Position numbers and translations under genes: made by a program. Below the pieces are notes generated by a model that worked only from the letters and a program-made list of their open reading frames with translations, was not told where the DNA came from and ran no database searches. Of a DNA stretch of 59,508 nucleotides, positions 47,244-56,770 are shown one piece after another. Position 1 is the first letter of the stretch, and each line of letters begins with the position of its first letter. The stretch is from an uncultured Phycisphaerales bacterium (lineage in GTDB: Bacteria > Planctomycetota > Phycisphaerae > Phycisphaerales > SM1A02), in the NCBI GenBank assembly GCA_938084645.1, contig CALKEP010000013.1, forward strand, positions 1 through 59,508, in the 5' to 3' direction.

Positions 47244-47989
47244 GGGTCGTCGTTCCCGAGGAACGCGAGGATGCCGTCGATCGCGACGTCCGCGGAAGGG
47301 TCGAGATCATGTTCGGCGAACGCGACTTCGAGACGCCCCGCGCCGATGCCCGCCGCCGCGAGCGACGCCCGCCAGCCGATCGCGTCCGCGGCGGGGACCA
47401 CGGTGTCGGCGGCACCGTGCACCACGAGGGCGCGTTTCGCCACCCGGCCACCGACCTGCATCGGATTCATGGTGCCGAGTCCGGCCGCGATCTCGGCGGG
47501 AACCCCGAGCGCCTCGGCGAGGGCGAGTTCCATGCGTTCGGGACGGTTGCCGTAGGTCTCGAGGATCGGGGGGGAGACCAGCACGAACGACCGAACGTCG
47601 GCGTCCGCCGCGGCGACCGCCAGCAGGGGGGCGGTCGCCGAGAGTCCGACGACCGAGCATCGGTCCCCGTCGGTCGCGCGCCGCGCCTCCTCGAGCAGGT
47701 TCCGAGTCGCGTCGACGCAACCCGCCGCGTCGCGGACCGCATCGAAACCGATGGGCCGCACGACCGCGTGGTCGTCGTCGACCAGCGCCTCGGCGAGCCG
47801 GTCCCCGAACCGGACGAGGCCGCGGGCCGCGGGCCGTTCGAGCTCGATGCCGAACATGGCGTCGCCGGCGAGGATCACCACGACCTCGCCGCTCGGCGTC
47901 GAGGGCGACCGCAGGTCCGCGGATCGGGATTCGCCGAAGGCGTGGTACTCGAGCCGTTGGTGTCGGGGCTGGGGCTTCTTCGAGGCCAT
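47240..47989 (-). CDS. Alpha/beta-hydrolase fold protein
   Basis: Degenerate nucleophile elbow VVGLSAT, VHGAADTVVP and AEHD (possible S-D-H triad). Confidence 0.65.
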   Translation of the reverse strand: MASKKPQPRHQRLEYHAFGESRSADLRSPSTPSGEVVVILAGDAMFGIELERPAARGLVRFGDRLAEALVDDDHAVVRPIGFDAVRDAAGCVDATRNLLEEARRATDGDRCSVVGLSATAPLLAVAAADADVRSFVLVSPPILETYGNRPERMELALAEALGVPAEIAAGLGTMNPMQVGGRVAKRALVVHGAADTVVPAADAIGWRASLAAAGIGAGRLEVAFAEHDLDPSADVAIDGILAFLGNDDP

Positions 47990-48028
47990 GAACTCCCATG
48001 ATAGGAGCGGGCCGCGGCGATCGGGGGA

Positions 48029-48880
48029 TCAGCGAGGGTCGTACCGGGAGTCGTCGTCGCTCAGGAAACCATTCCGCGGAAAGTCGGTGATGGTGTCGAG
48101 AAACGCCTCGTGCCCGTGCACGCCGCCGCAGGCGAGGTCCTCGCACTCGACATGGCCGTCGAGACAGACGAGGTTCGCGCAACCGCCGTGCCGGAACGCC
48201 TGCGTGCCCCCGTGGATGAGTCCGAGGTCGACCTCGACGGTGTTGGAAGGCGCCCGCATGAACTTGTTCGCGCCGCCGATCCATCCCCCGTCGCCGAAGA
48301 GCGCGGTGGTGGTCGGGCTTCGATGGGCCGCCGCCGGAATCCCGCGTCGGCAATGGTCCCAGCCTTCGAGGAGGTTGCCGGCGGGATCGAGCGTCGGGTA
48401 CCGCCCCTCGGCGCCGACGAACGTCGTGTTGTAGTTGTAGCCCGTCGAGGGATCCTCGCCGAAGGTGCTGTCCCCTCGGAAGTCCGGACACTGGAAGACG
48501 CGATCCTTTCCGCCGAGATGGGTCCAGATCGGACCTTCGACGATCGTGCCGTCGGGGCGATGTTGGAAGTCCCAGGTCGTGGTGCGGACGCCACCGTCGA
48601 TCACGTGGTGGAGGATCGCGGCGGGGTAGCCGCCCTGCGTCGCGAGGTAGGACTCGGCCGCGATGTGGAGCTGCCGGAGGTTCGACCGGCAGGCGGTGCC
48701 ACGGGAGGTCGCGGCGGCGTGGCTCAGTCCGGTCGAGACCAGGGCCATGATCGTCACCACCACGCCGAGCACCACCAGCATCTCCACGATCGTGAAGGCG
48801 GGTCGTCGGGTCGATCGAGCGGCGCACTTGGGCGGGAACGCGGCGGCGGGTCGGTGCTCGGGCTTCCGGTGGTGCTTCAT
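48029..48880 (-). CDS. DUF1559-type prepilin N-methylation / H-X9-DG protein
   Basis: A|FTIVEMLVVLGVV, ACRSNLRQL, FQCP, YNYN and RHGGCANLVCLDGHV; ATGA overlap with the upstream gene. Confidence 0.88.
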   Translation of the reverse strand: MKHHRKPEHRPAAAFPPKCAARSTRRPAFTIVEMLVVLGVVVTIMALVSTGLSHAAATSRGTACRSNLRQLHIAAESYLATQGGYPAAILHHVIDGGVRTTTWDFQHRPDGTIVEGPIWTHLGGKDRVFQCPDFRGDSTFGEDPSTGYNYNTTFVGAEGRYPTLDPAGNLLEGWDHCRRGIPAAAHRSPTTTALFGDGGWIGGANKFMRAPSNTVEVDLGLIHGGTQAFRHGGCANLVCLDGHVECEDLACGGVHGHEAFLDTITDFPRNGFLSDDDSRYDPR

Positions 48881-49821
48881 TCGGTCCACCCCGCGAGCAG
48901 GAGGCCCAGATCAGGCCCGCCGACGACCCCGATTCCGTCGAGATTCGCCGCGGCGTCCTCGGTGCCCCAGGCGGCCAGCATCAATCCGAGGTCGATGCCG
49001 TCGACGGCTCCGTTGCCGTCGATGTCACCGATGATCCCGGTGGGATCGCCGGGGGCGACGTCCGCGATCGCATCGATCTCCGGGGTCGACACGTCACCGG
49101 CGTTCGAGATCCGGACGTACCGAATCCACGGGAGTCCGGTGATCGCCAGATCGATGCCCGCACCACCGCCCGATCCGTCGTACATCTCGATCAGTTCGAG
49201 GTGGCCCATGCCGGCCAGTTCCTGCGGGCTCCGCGCGGGATCGACGGGGCGGGTGAAGTCGGTCGGCAGCCGACCGCCGGCATCGGCGTACGGACCGACG
49301 TCCATCCAGCCGATCGTCGGCATCGCTCCATCGGCCTCGACTCCGGCGACGTCGAACCACGCCGCTCCGTCCTGGCTCAATTCGATACGCCCGCCTTCCG
49401 AATAGAGTCCGCCCGCGACGCCCGCGGGCGGCGCCAGGTCGGTCAGGAACGCATTGCCGAAGACCAGGAGATCGATCCCGTGGGGGTTCGCGGGATCATC
49501 GAGCACCGGATGGTCGAACGCGAGGACGATCGAGCCGCCGACCCCGAGCGAGACGAGCTCGGACGCGAGGAACGCGGGCTGGAACGGTGTCACCGCCGCC
49601 GGAAAGAGGCTGCCGCCGGTCGTACGGGTCGGCTCACCCAGCGCCGCTTCCGGGAAGTCGTATCCCGGGACACCGCCGATCCCCGGATCGAACGACACCA
49701 CCTCGGTGGCGAATGGCGAGTCGGCCTCGACCGCCGTGACGTTCATCGCCACGGCGAACGCCACGACCAGGGTCATGGCGGGGTCCGGTAGGTGGTCTGG
49801 GAAGCGAAGCCGGCTGGGCAT
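48877..49821 (-). CDS. Secreted cell-surface protein with a BtuH-like domain and dockerin-like C-terminus
   Basis: Signal-like helix; VSLGVGGSIVLAFDHPV...DLLVFGNAF...SEGG..ELSQDG..W; tail DIDGNGAVDGIDLGLMLAAWG repeated twice; first gene after the B12 riboswitch. Start 49821 or 49776. Confidence 0.7.
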   Translation of the reverse strand: MPSRLRFPDHLPDPAMTLVVAFAVAMNVTAVEADSPFATEVVSFDPGIGGVPGYDFPEAALGEPTRTTGGSLFPAAVTPFQPAFLASELVSLGVGGSIVLAFDHPVLDDPANPHGIDLLVFGNAFLTDLAPPAGVAGGLYSEGGRIELSQDGAAWFDVAGVEADGAMPTIGWMDVGPYADAGGRLPTDFTRPVDPARSPQELAGMGHLELIEMYDGSGGGAGIDLAITGLPWIRYVRISNAGDVSTPEIDAIADVAPGDPTGIIGDIDGNGAVDGIDLGLMLAAWGTEDAAANLDGIGVVGGPDLGLLLAGWTE

Positions 49822-49896
49822 GGGTACGCACTCCGACGACCGGATTCGCGCCGGTCTGGCGGAAGGACGGCCGATCGCGTCGGCCATCCAGTCTGT

Positions 49897-50102
49897 CGGG
49901 CAGGTCTTCCGGCTCCGGGCTTCTGGCGAACCGGCCTTCCCGGATCGCCGAGGAATCGACGATGCAGTGGCTGGTGGTCCGCGAGATCGACCTGAATCGG
50001 TCGATCATGCCCGTTACGGCGGCGCGTCCGCGGCGGCTTTCAACCGCCTTCCCTTCAAGGAGGACACCGATGTCCATTTCTGGACGATGCCTCCCTGCCC
50101 GC
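49897..50102 (-). promoter_or_regulatory. Cobalamin (B12) riboswitch
   Basis: Minus strand: P1 cgggcagg/cctgcccg; AAGGGAA-ggcgg-ttgaaag-ccgcc-gcgg-acgcg-ccgc-cGTAA; GCCACTG...GGGAAGGC; B12 box AGCCGGAAGACCTGCC. Confidence 0.92.
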
Positions 50103-50132
50103 GATTCGTCGCGGAACCCGATATCGGGGAGG

Positions 50133-50138
50133 AGTATA
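50133..50138 (-). promoter_or_regulatory. Putative -10 element for the riboswitch transcript
   Basis: TATACT about 30 nt upstream of riboswitch P1. Confidence 0.45.
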
Positions 50139-50187
50139 TCGGCTCTCGGAGGGTTGTCGTCGGCCCATCCAGCGGGGTTCCGACGCG

Positions 50188-50217
50188 TTGACACCGTTTC
50201 GTGCGGCCCGGTACCCT
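50188..50217 (+). promoter_or_regulatory. Putative sigma-70 promoter for the HEAT-repeat gene
   Basis: TTGACA-N18-TACCCT. Confidence 0.45.
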
Positions 50218-50524
50218 GCTCGTTCTGCACGCCCCGGAGCCGGGGCGGACGGAACCGTCCCCGGCGTCGCCGCGAAACGGTTTCGATGTGGAGACGGGAA
50301 CCCGGGTTCCCACCGTTCACGTCCCTTCACCGGGACAGAGTCGAGGTGCCGGCCGACATCCTTTTCGGAAGTCGTCCGTGCCTCCAGTCCCGTCACCCGG
50401 TCGCGTTCGTGCGACCGGATTCACGCCTGGTCCGATTCCGGACCGACCGCCGGCGGATCCACCGGATCCGTTCCACGGCAGACCCCGCCGACCGAATTCC
50501 GGTCGGCGATGGAGGATCGATTCG

Positions 50525-52735
50525 ATGGATCGCACGTTCCGTACCTCGACGTCCACCAGCCTCGTTCGCGCCTTCGCGATCGGTGGCGTGCTGCTCACCG
50601 GACTGGAAGCCACCGGCTTCGGTTCCACGGCGTTCGCGGCCGAGACCTCCGTCGCGCAGGACGCGGCCGAGGCGGACCGGGTCCGCATGGTCGGTGACTT
50701 CCTCCACTACGTCCTGATCGCCAAGCCCGATCTCGCGGAAGCCGCGGGACAGAAGCTCTTCAGCAGCGGCATCACCGATGCGGAGCTCGCGGACATCGTC
50801 AGCGAGGGCGACCTCGGCGACAAGGTCGAGCGTTCGCTGCGTCGCGGTCGAGGCATGGCCGGGGTCGGCCCGATGGTCGCCGAGTTCGAACAGCGGCTCG
50901 AAGCGGGTCGGCTGGATCTCGCTCGCGATCAGGATCGGATCAAGGAAGCCATCGGGATGCTCGACGGTTCGCTTCGCGCCCAGATGATGGGCAAGCGACG
51001 ACTCGTCGAAGCCGGCGAGTACGCCGTCCCGCAGCTGCTCGACGTGATCGTCTCGGGTCGCAACCCCGAGCTCGAGATCCGCGTCACCAGCGTCATCGAG
51101 GAGATCAAGCGACAGGCGGTCCTTCCGCTCTGTGCGGCCCTCCCCGAGGTCTCGCCCTCCGTGCAGGTCAAGGTCTGCCGGATGCTCTCCAACATCGGGT
51201 GGCCGACCGCGATTCCCACGCTGCTCGACGTCGCCTCCGCCCGTGGCACCACCCCCGAGGTGAAGGACGCCGCGATGACGGCCTTCCGTCGGCTGGGCGG
51301 CACTTCGACCGACGTGTCCGCGGCCTACACCGCCCTCGCGAAGAAGTTCTTCGACGAGGAGCAGTCGCTGGTCGCCTATCCCGAGGATCCGGCCAACATG
51401 GTCTGGAGCTACGGACCCCACTCGGGCCTGGTCCAGACGCCGGTCGCGACCTCGATCTTCTGTCAGGTGATGGCGATGCGGAGTGCGAAGGCGGCCCTCG
51501 TCGCCGATTCCTCCAATCGCACCGCGTTGGCGGTCTTCGTCGCCGCCGACCTCCGGCGTCAGAACCAGATCGGGGCGAACGAATCCGATCCCTTCGCGGA
51601 TGACGCGAAGTACAGCCCGCAGTTCTTCGCCACCGCCGCCGGCAGTTCGACGGCCCGGGCCGTGCTCGCCATGGCGATCGACGCCAAGGACACCGCGCTG
51701 GTCCGCGACGCCATCGAGGCGCTCGGCATGACCGTCGAGCGTGGTCGCATGGTCGCATCCGGTGGCCGGCAGCCGCTTCTCGAATGCCTGCGGTACCCCG
51801 ACCGACGGGCCCAGTACGACACCGCCCTGGTGCTCGGTGCCGCGATGCCCGAGAAGGCCTTCGCCGGGGACAACCAGGTCGTGCCGCTGCTCGCCAACGC
51901 GATCCGCGCGACCAATGACAGCTACGCCGCGGTGGTCGCCTCGAACGAGGAGGACCGAAACAGCCTGACCTCGAAGCTCTCGAAGCTTGGTTTCTCGGTG
52001 ATCGCGAGCGGCCCTTCCTTCTACGACCTCGAGGGTGAGATCAACCGGGCCAACGGCATCGACCTCGTGCTCGTCCAGGGCGGCTCCTCGGTGGCCGTCG
52101 AAGCGGTGAGCCAGGTTCGAAACTTCGCTCGCACCGGCGCGACCCCCGTCCTGCTCGTGAACAGCGGCGCCGACAAGATCGCGATGGACCGGGAGTTCGC
52201 CAACGATCGAGCCACCGCCTCCTTCATCAACGGTGGTACCGAGGCCCAGTTCGAATCCGCGGTGGACGCCCTGATGAACGTGGCGGCCGGTGGTCGGCTC
52301 ACGGAAGCGGAGTCCATGACCTACACCCGGAACGCCCTCCAGACCCTCGCGACCATCGCGCGGGCCGGCAAGGGCGTCTACTCCATCGGAGACGCCGAGT
52401 CCTCGCTCCTCGCGGGCATGTCGACGATCACCGGTGGGATGCGTCTGCTCGTCGCCGAGGTGATCTCCCTGATCGACTCGGAGGCGAGCCAGCAGGCCCT
52501 CATCGACGCGGCGCTCGCCGCGGGCGGCAACGAACAGATCGCGCTGCTCGACTACGCGTCCGCCAACGCCCGCGCCTTCGGCAACAAGGCCGCGGATCGC
52601 CAGATCGACGGCCTTCGTCGTCTCATCGCCTCCAGCACCGGTGACGGCAATGCCCGCACCGCGGATGCCGCGGGCCGTCTGTACGGTTCGCTCGATCTCT
52701 CGCCGGACGAGACCGTCCGCCTGATCGCCGACTGA
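50525..52735 (+). CDS. Exported HEAT/ARM-repeat protein with an internal degenerate receiver-like domain
   Basis: Signal peptide ending AFA; repeats such as LVEAGEYAVPQLL and LSNIGWPTAIPTLL; SD GGAGG before ATG 50525. Confidence 0.75.
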   Translation: MDRTFRTSTSTSLVRAFAIGGVLLTGLEATGFGSTAFAAETSVAQDAAEADRVRMVGDFLHYVLIAKPDLAEAAGQKLFSSGITDAELADIVSEGDLGDKVERSLRRGRGMAGVGPMVAEFEQRLEAGRLDLARDQDRIKEAIGMLDGSLRAQMMGKRRLVEAGEYAVPQLLDVIVSGRNPELEIRVTSVIEEIKRQAVLPLCAALPEVSPSVQVKVCRMLSNIGWPTAIPTLLDVASARGTTPEVKDAAMTAFRRLGGTSTDVSAAYTALAKKFFDEEQSLVAYPEDPANMVWSYGPHSGLVQTPVATSIFCQVMAMRSAKAALVADSSNRTALAVFVAADLRRQNQIGANESDPFADDAKYSPQFFATAAGSSTARAVLAMAIDAKDTALVRDAIEALGMTVERGRMVASGGRQPLLECLRYPDRRAQYDTALVLGAAMPEKAFAGDNQVVPLLANAIRATNDSYAAVVASNEEDRNSLTSKLSKLGFSVIASGPSFYDLEGEINRANGIDLVLVQGGSSVAVEAVSQVRNFARTGATPVLLVNSGADKIAMDREFANDRATASFINGGTEAQFESAVDALMNVAAGGRLTEAESMTYTRNALQTLATIARAGKGVYSIGDAESSLLAGMSTITGGMRLLVAEVISLIDSEASQQALIDAALAAGGNEQIALLDYASANARAFGNKAADRQIDGLRRLIASSTGDGNARTADAAGRLYGSLDLSPDETVRLIAD

Positions 52736-52939
52736 GTCGGTCCTCGCCATGTCCGGCGGGCACCCCCGAGAAGCACGTCGCCCCGGTCCATCCCTGGATG
52801 AGCCGGGGCGATTTCTCGCTTGTGGTTCGGGCCGCCGTCCCCCGGGTTCGCCGGGAACGGATGGACGATGGTTTCGCGAACGGGGTGGTGTCTGGTAGAA
52901 TGGTCGGCCCGCCCGAGCCGTTGGGCGAGCGGCGGCAAC

Positions 52940-53012
52940 GCCACCATAGCTCAGTTGGTAGAGCGAAGCTTTCGTAAAGCTTAGGTCACCGGTTCGAGTC
53001 CGGTTGGTGGCT
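52940..53012 (+). tRNA. tRNA-Thr(CGT)
   Basis: GCCACCA...TGGTGGCT; anticodon arm aagct-TTCGTAA-agctt; extended -10 TGgTAGAAT at 52893-52901. Confidence 0.96.
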
Positions 53013-53020
53013 TTCATCGC

Positions 53021-53059
53021 AAGCACGCCCGCGAATCGTTTCGCGGGCGTGCTTTCGTT
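53021..53059 (+). terminator. Terminator after tRNA-Thr
   Basis: Perfect 15-bp stem aagcacgcccgcgaa/ttcgcgggcgtgctt followed by a T-rich tail. Confidence 0.75.
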
Positions 53060-53091
53060 CCGCGGCCCGGTCCACCCACTACCATTTCGAC

Positions 53092-56061
53092 ATGCGTCTG
53101 CCCATGTTCGACCCTGCCGGCGGTGGTGGCGGAACCGAGTCCGCGGAACTCGCGGAAGTGCTCGCGGCGATCGACTCGAACATCGAGGGCGATGTTCGTG
53201 GGGATCGACTGACCCGGGGGCTCTTCTCGACGGATGCGTCCCCCTATGCCGTCACCCCGCTCGCGGTGGTCACGCCGCGCAACGCCTCGGACGTCGCGAC
53301 GACGATGCGGATCTGCAGGGAGCACGGTGTTCCGGTGCTTCCGCGCGGTGGAGGCACCAGTCTCGCGGGACAGACGGTGAACATCGCCGTGGTCCTCGAC
53401 TTCGCGCGATTCATGAACGGCGTGCTCGAGATCGACGCGGATGCCCGCGTCGCGCGGGTGCAGCCGGGCCTCGTGCTCGATGATCTCCGCCGTGCCCTCG
53501 ATCCCCACGGGCTCACCTTCGGACCCGACGTCTCGACCTCGACGCACGCGACGCTCGGCGGGATGATCGGAAACGCCTCCGCAGGCTCCCATTCGCTCGT
53601 CCACGGCATGACGGACGAACACGTCCTCGGGCTCGACGTGGTGCTCGCGGACGGAACCGGGAACCATCTCGGGATCGGTGCGGCGTCGCGCGGGCCCGCG
53701 GTCGACGCGCTGCGGTCGGGGTTGCGATCGATCGTCGAACCGCTGCGGTCCGAGATCCGGACCCGATTCCCCGGGGTCCGAAGGAACGTGGGGGGATACC
53801 GGCTGGACGATCTCCTCGACATGTACGATCGAAGCGACGTCGGCACCGACGACGCCGTGAACCTCGGACGATTCCTCGCGGGAAGCGAGGGTTCGCTGGC
53901 GATCACCACGGCCGCCTCGATTCGGTTGGTCGAGCCGCCGGGTGGGCGGTCGCTCCTGGTGCTGGCATTTTCCGAGGTCGCGGCGGCGTGCGCGGTCGTC
54001 GAAGCCCTGGTGTCGAGCGGACCGGCGGCGGTCGAGTTGATGGACCGACACATCATCGATGCCGCGGCGCGGCAACCGGTCTTCGCCGCGGACGTCGAGT
54101 TGCTGCCGACCCCGGGAGGCCGACGAGCCGGTGCCGTCCTCTTCGTCGAGTATCACGCGGAGGATGTCGGGATCGCGGAGGCGATGGCCCGCGACGGAAT
54201 GAGGGCGGCCGGCGTCGCCGCGGACGCCGGCGTCATCGTTCGCGACCCGGCCCTGCAGGCCCGCCTCTGGGCGGTGCGGACCACCGGGCTGGGCCTGATC
54301 TCGAAGGTCGCGGGCACCGTCCAGCCGATGGCCGGCCTCGAGGATTGCGGCGTGCCGCTCGAACGGCTTTCGACGTTCCAGCCGGCGTTCGAGGAACTCA
54401 TCCATTCCCACGGCTGGTCCGGGGTGTTCTACGCCCACGCGTCGGTGGGCCTCCTCCACGTCCGCCCGCGGATCGATCTTGCGAGCGGGTCGGATCGGGA
54501 TGCGTTTCTCCGCCTCCGGGAGGAGACCTTGGAGCTCGTGCTCGAACACGGCGGATCGATCTCCGGGGAGCACGGTGACGGTCGGATCCGGACCGATCTG
54601 GTCCACCGGATGTACGGTCCCGCGATCGTCGAGGGATTCCGCAGGATCAAGACGCTCTTCGACCCGTCGAATCTCCTCAATCCCGGCAACAAGGTCGTCG
54701 CCCGTGATCCGCTCGTCGACCTTCGATTCGATCGGGACGCCGGGGCGATCGACCCGGTCGATTCCCATTTCCACTGGCCGACCGGCGGTCCGCTCGCCGA
54801 GGCCCGCGCCTGCAATGGAAACGGACTCTGCCGTCGCAGCGGGGGTGGGGCGATGTGCCCGAGCTACCGGGCGCTCCGCGATGAACGACATTCCACCCGC
54901 GGGCGGGCGAACGCCCTCGGACTCGCACTCGACGGTCGGCTCGTGGAGGGGGAGTCGACGTCGTCGATGCCGTCGCTCGGTCGGGAGGACGTCCTCGAGA
55001 CGCTGGATCTCTGCCTCTCCTGCAAGGCGTGTCGACACGAGTGTCCCAGCAACGTCGATCTCTCGAAGCTGAAGTCGGAGTACCTCGCGCGGTCCTTCGA
55101 CGCCGCCGGCGCGATTCCCTTCCGGAGCCGGGTGCTGGGTCGGGCGGGGCTCCTGCTTCGCCGCGCCGCCCGCACGCCCCGACTCGCACGCTGGCTCGCG
55201 AGCCTGCCGGGAAGCACCGCGCTCGCCGCGCGGATTCTGGGGCTGGATGCGACGCGACCGCTTCCGCGACCGGCACCCCGTGACCGCCGGAGCTTCACGC
55301 CCACCGTGACCGAGGATGCGCCGGCGGTCGTGCTTCTCGGGGACTGCTTCAACGCGGCTTTGGAGCCGGGCCACCTGCATGACGCCCGACGGCTGCTCGA
55401 TGCCTTCGGCTACCGCGTGATTCCGGTGGCGCTCGACGGTTGCTGCGGCCGTCCGCAGATCTCGGCGGGCCTGCTGCGTGAGGCGCGACGGCTCGTCGAA
55501 CGATCCGCACCATCGCTTCACGCGACGGTGCGGAAACACGAGGCGGTCGCGGTGATCGCGTTGGAACCGTCATGTCTGTCCGCGCTGCGGGAGGAATGGC
55601 GAGAACTTCGCAGCGACGTGCCGGACTCGACGACCGGCGCGATCGCCGAGCGGGCGACTTCGATCGAGTGCTTCCTCGACGCGGGGTGGGCCGATCATCC
55701 CAGGCGTCCGATGATCCGGATCCCCGAGGGCGCGACCGTGCATCCGCATTGTCACGCCAAGGTCGAACGCGAGGCGTTTCGCCGACTCTTCGATCGACTG
55801 GGGGCGGTCGACGCCCTCGTGCTCGATTCCGGGTGCTGCGGACTCGCCGGCTCCTTCGGCTACGTCGCGGAGCATGCGGCACTCTCCCGGAGCATCTTCG
55901 AACAGTCGCTCGGCGAGGTGATCGTGGATCGGCGTGACGGTCCGATCGTGGCCCCGGGAACGAGTTGTCGGCATCAGTGCGGCGATCTCGCGGGCGTCGA
56001 GGCGATCCATCCGATTCGCCTTCTCGCCGAGGGCCTCGAAGTCCGCCCGGACGGCGATTGA
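53092..56061 (+). CDS. FAD-binding and (Fe-S)-binding oxidoreductase (YdiJ/GlcD-GlcF-like fusion)
   Basis: PRGGGTSLAGQ, GSEGSLA, GEHGDG, CNGNGLC..MCPSY, CLSCKACRHECP and two CCG domains. Confidence 0.92.
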   Translation: MRLPMFDPAGGGGGTESAELAEVLAAIDSNIEGDVRGDRLTRGLFSTDASPYAVTPLAVVTPRNASDVATTMRICREHGVPVLPRGGGTSLAGQTVNIAVVLDFARFMNGVLEIDADARVARVQPGLVLDDLRRALDPHGLTFGPDVSTSTHATLGGMIGNASAGSHSLVHGMTDEHVLGLDVVLADGTGNHLGIGAASRGPAVDALRSGLRSIVEPLRSEIRTRFPGVRRNVGGYRLDDLLDMYDRSDVGTDDAVNLGRFLAGSEGSLAITTAASIRLVEPPGGRSLLVLAFSEVAAACAVVEALVSSGPAAVELMDRHIIDAAARQPVFAADVELLPTPGGRRAGAVLFVEYHAEDVGIAEAMARDGMRAAGVAADAGVIVRDPALQARLWAVRTTGLGLISKVAGTVQPMAGLEDCGVPLERLSTFQPAFEELIHSHGWSGVFYAHASVGLLHVRPRIDLASGSDRDAFLRLREETLELVLEHGGSISGEHGDGRIRTDLVHRMYGPAIVEGFRRIKTLFDPSNLLNPGNKVVARDPLVDLRFDRDAGAIDPVDSHFHWPTGGPLAEARACNGNGLCRRSGGGAMCPSYRALRDERHSTRGRANALGLALDGRLVEGESTSSMPSLGREDVLETLDLCLSCKACRHECPSNVDLSKLKSEYLARSFDAAGAIPFRSRVLGRAGLLLRRAARTPRLARWLASLPGSTALAARILGLDATRPLPRPAPRDRRSFTPTVTEDAPAVVLLGDCFNAALEPGHLHDARRLLDAFGYRVIPVALDGCCGRPQISAGLLREARRLVERSAPSLHATVRKHEAVAVIALEPSCLSALREEWRELRSDVPDSTTGAIAERATSIECFLDAGWADHPRRPMIRIPEGATVHPHCHAKVEREAFRRLFDRLGAVDALVLDSGCCGLAGSFGYVAEHAALSRSIFEQSLGEVIVDRRDGPIVAPGTSCRHQCGDLAGVEAIHPIRLLAEGLEVRPDGD

Positions 56062-56086
56062 ACGGATCCGGACCCGTGGCCCGGAT

Positions 56087-56770
56087 TCAGCCTTCGATCG
56101 CGGCGAGCGCCGTGGCGGTTCGTCGTTCCATCCAGATCGTCAGCGCGCCGAGCACGCCGAAGAGCGCCGCCGCACCGCCGCTGCAGACGGTCCCGAGCAC
56201 CGGTCCGAACGCCGACTCGAGCACCGCGACCTCGGCGGCGTCGATCACGAAGACGTCCGCGACCGCCCGGCTCGATTCGTTCGCCCCGAGCTGGAGATCG
56301 AAGGTGTACTTCGCCGCCTTCGGAAGCACCGCGGAGCCCACCAGCACGGCGGATGACGACCGGCCGGGCCGGGAGGACTGGAGGTTCGCACGCTGCGTCG
56401 GCTCGATCTCCACGTCGATCGGGTCACCGGCCGCATCGAGAACCGTCAACTCGAAGACGAGCTCGCTGGGCGCGAGATGCCGGGTCCCCTCGAATTCGGT
56501 GTCGGTCAGGAAGGAGATGAAGACGCGGCCCGCCGGGAAGTCGAACGTCGCGCTTCCGGGGGCGAGGAATCGATGGGGAACCTCGGTCTCCATGCGGCGT
56601 CGCATGTCCGCGCGGGTCGAATCGAGCTTCGTCCAGGACACGTTGAAGGCGGCGACGATCGCACCAAGCGCAAGGACCGCGGCGATTCCCAGAAGGAAGC
56701 GGCCCAGGCGGGGCCTTCGACCTCGGGCCACGCCGCGGGCGGAGACCAGTCGGGGTTCGGATTCAGTCAT
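56087..56770 (-). CDS. Hypothetical membrane protein
   Basis: N- and C-terminal TM helices; start ATG 56770 overlaps the mutarotase stop. Confidence 0.6.
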   Translation of the reverse strand: MTESEPRLVSARGVARGRRPRLGRFLLGIAAVLALGAIVAAFNVSWTKLDSTRADMRRRMETEVPHRFLAPGSATFDFPAGRVFISFLTDTEFEGTRHLAPSELVFELTVLDAAGDPIDVEIEPTQRANLQSSRPGRSSSAVLVGSAVLPKAAKYTFDLQLGANESSRAVADVFVIDAAEVAVLESAFGPVLGTVCSGGAAALFGVLGALTIWMERRTATALAAIEG

